DNA from: an uncultured Sulfuricurvum sp. | Lineage (GTDB): Bacteria; Campylobacterota; Campylobacteria; Campylobacterales; Sulfurimonadaceae | Assembly: GCA_964495485.1 (NCBI GenBank) | Contig: CAZBVJ010000011.1 | Coordinates: 11,328-75,327, forward strand | Reading direction: 5' to 3' | Length of the DNA stretch: 64,000 bases | Shown here: positions 62,827-64,000 of the stretch, in pieces | Layout of the letters: every line of letters starts with the position of its first letter | How positions within the stretch are numbered: position 1 is the first letter of the stretch | Program-made: the position numbers and the translations under genes | The notes under the pieces: model-generated | Databases searched by the model: none | Told to the model about the DNA's origin: nothing | The model's input: the letters and a program-made list of their open reading frames with translations, nothing else

Positions 62827-64000
62827 ATGTTATTCAACAGCTACGAGTTTATCTTTTTATTTTTGCCAATCACTTTTTTCGTCTATTTCTGGCTAAACAA
62901 CAAACGTCTTACTCAGGCTTCGAAAGCGTGGATGGTATTTGCCTCCCTCTTCTTTTATTCGTGGTGGAACATTATCTATCTGCCGCTGATTCTCGGCTCG
63001 ATCCTTTTTAACTTTGCCGTCGGCTCCACGATCACCAAGATGGGTTCTGCCGAATCTCCTAAAAAAGGGTTCTCTCGTAAAGCGGTGCTGGCCTTTGGTA
63101 TCGTCTCCAACATCGCGTTGTTGGCCTATTACAAATACATGGACTTCTTCATTTCCAATGCCAACACCGTTCTAGGTACGCAGTGGGATCTGATGCACGT
63201 CGTCCTTCCTCTTGGTATCAGCTTCTTTACCTTTACCCAAATCGCTTATCTCGTTGATGCTTATCGTGATGAAGTCAAAGAGATGGATTATCTCAACTAT
63301 ACCCTCTTTGTCACGTTCTTTCCTCACCTCTTAGCAGGACCGATTCTGCACCACAAGGAGATGATGCCTCAGTTCGATTCGCTCAAGAGCAAGGTGATTA
63401 ATTATCGCAATATCGCCGCAGGATTATTCCTCTTTTCAATCGGTATTTTCAAGAAAGTCGTCATCGCCGATACATTCGCTCAGTGGGCCAATGCCGGTTT
63501 TGAAACCACCCAGGCACTCAACCTAATCGAAGCATGGGCCACCAGCCTTAGCTATACGTTCCAGCTTTATTTCGATTTCAGCGGCTATACCGATATGGCG
63601 CTGGGTGTTGCGCTGATGTTCAATATCAAGCTCCCCATCAATTTCAACAGCCCTTATAAAGCGCTCAATATCCAAGACTTCTGGAGACGTTGGCACATCA
63701 CCCTCTCCCGTTTCCTGAGAGACTACATCTATATTCCCCTCGGAGGTAACCGTAACGGTGAATTCCGAACCTACTCTAATCTCTTTACCGTCTTTCTCAT
63801 CGGTGGACTTTGGCACGGTGCATCATGGATGTTTGTCATCTGGGGAGCATTGCATGGCTTCGCCATCGTCCTCCATCGTGCATGGCAGCAAATGGGCCAA
63901 AAAATGAACACTATTCTCGCATGGTTCATTACGTTCAATTTCATCAACATCACCTGGATCTTCTTCCGTGCAGAAAATTGGACTCAAGCCAAAAATATCC
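62827..64000 (+). CDS. MBOAT O-acyltransferase, second copy (truncated by the window end)
   Basis: Matches 60306 onward at a constant offset of 2521 bp. Confidence 0.92.
   Translation, partial: MLFNSYEFIFLFLPITFFVYFWLNNKRLTQASKAWMVFASLFFYSWWNIIYLPLILGSILFNFAVGSTITKMGSAESPKKGFSRKAVLAFGIVSNIALLAYYKYMDFFISNANTVLGTQWDLMHVVLPLGISFFTFTQIAYLVDAYRDEVKEMDYLNYTLFVTFFPHLLAGPILHHKEMMPQFDSLKSKVINYRNIAAGLFLFSIGIFKKVVIADTFAQWANAGFETTQALNLIEAWATSLSYTFQLYFDFSGYTDMALGVALMFNIKLPINFNSPYKALNIQDFWRRWHITLSRFLRDYIYIPLGGNRNGEFRTYSNLFTVFLIGGLWHGASWMFVIWGALHGFAIVLHRAWQQMGQKMNTILAWFITFNFINITWIFFRAENWTQAKNI

Larger units (their letters stand above)
60304..64000 (+). repeat. Direct repeat of at least 1176 bp: 60304-61479 and 62825-64000
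   Basis: No differences seen by eye; identical antisense ORFs appear at 61002/63523 and 61250/63771. Confidence 0.9.

Overview
A 64-kb chromosomal window from a Campylobacterota chemolithotroph. Gene content and order suggest Sulfuricurvum/Sulfurimonas; this is inference. Bases 1-22 kb form a minus-strand island with four [NiFe]-hydrogenases: a six-gene Ech-type group 4 complex, a group 1-type enzyme whose small subunit is fused to a NirB-like FAD/NAD(P) oxidoreductase and a BFD [2Fe-2S] domain, a TetR-linked group 2 enzyme, and a classical Tat-exported HydABC followed by hydE and hypF. The island is interrupted by a toxin-antitoxin/pentapeptide insert and an AT-rich lipoprotein gene. The middle carries core genes: tRNA-Met, groESL, exbBD, a two-component pair, pyrC, a phosphomutase, two Amt and two PII genes, gyrA-flgP-flgQ-flgR, asd, hemE and two tRNA-Asn. 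After these come a GGDEF islet, a TonB receptor/kinase/YfiR-like module, and an LPS/rhamnose cluster ending in an apparently identical duplicated MBOAT gene. The best candidate for an undescribed system is the Ech plus flavoprotein-fused cytoplasmic hydrogenase operon, whose fusion retains a fossil Tat signal. Two candidate operator motifs were also found, one upstream of both amt units and one at the tetR and hydA promoters.
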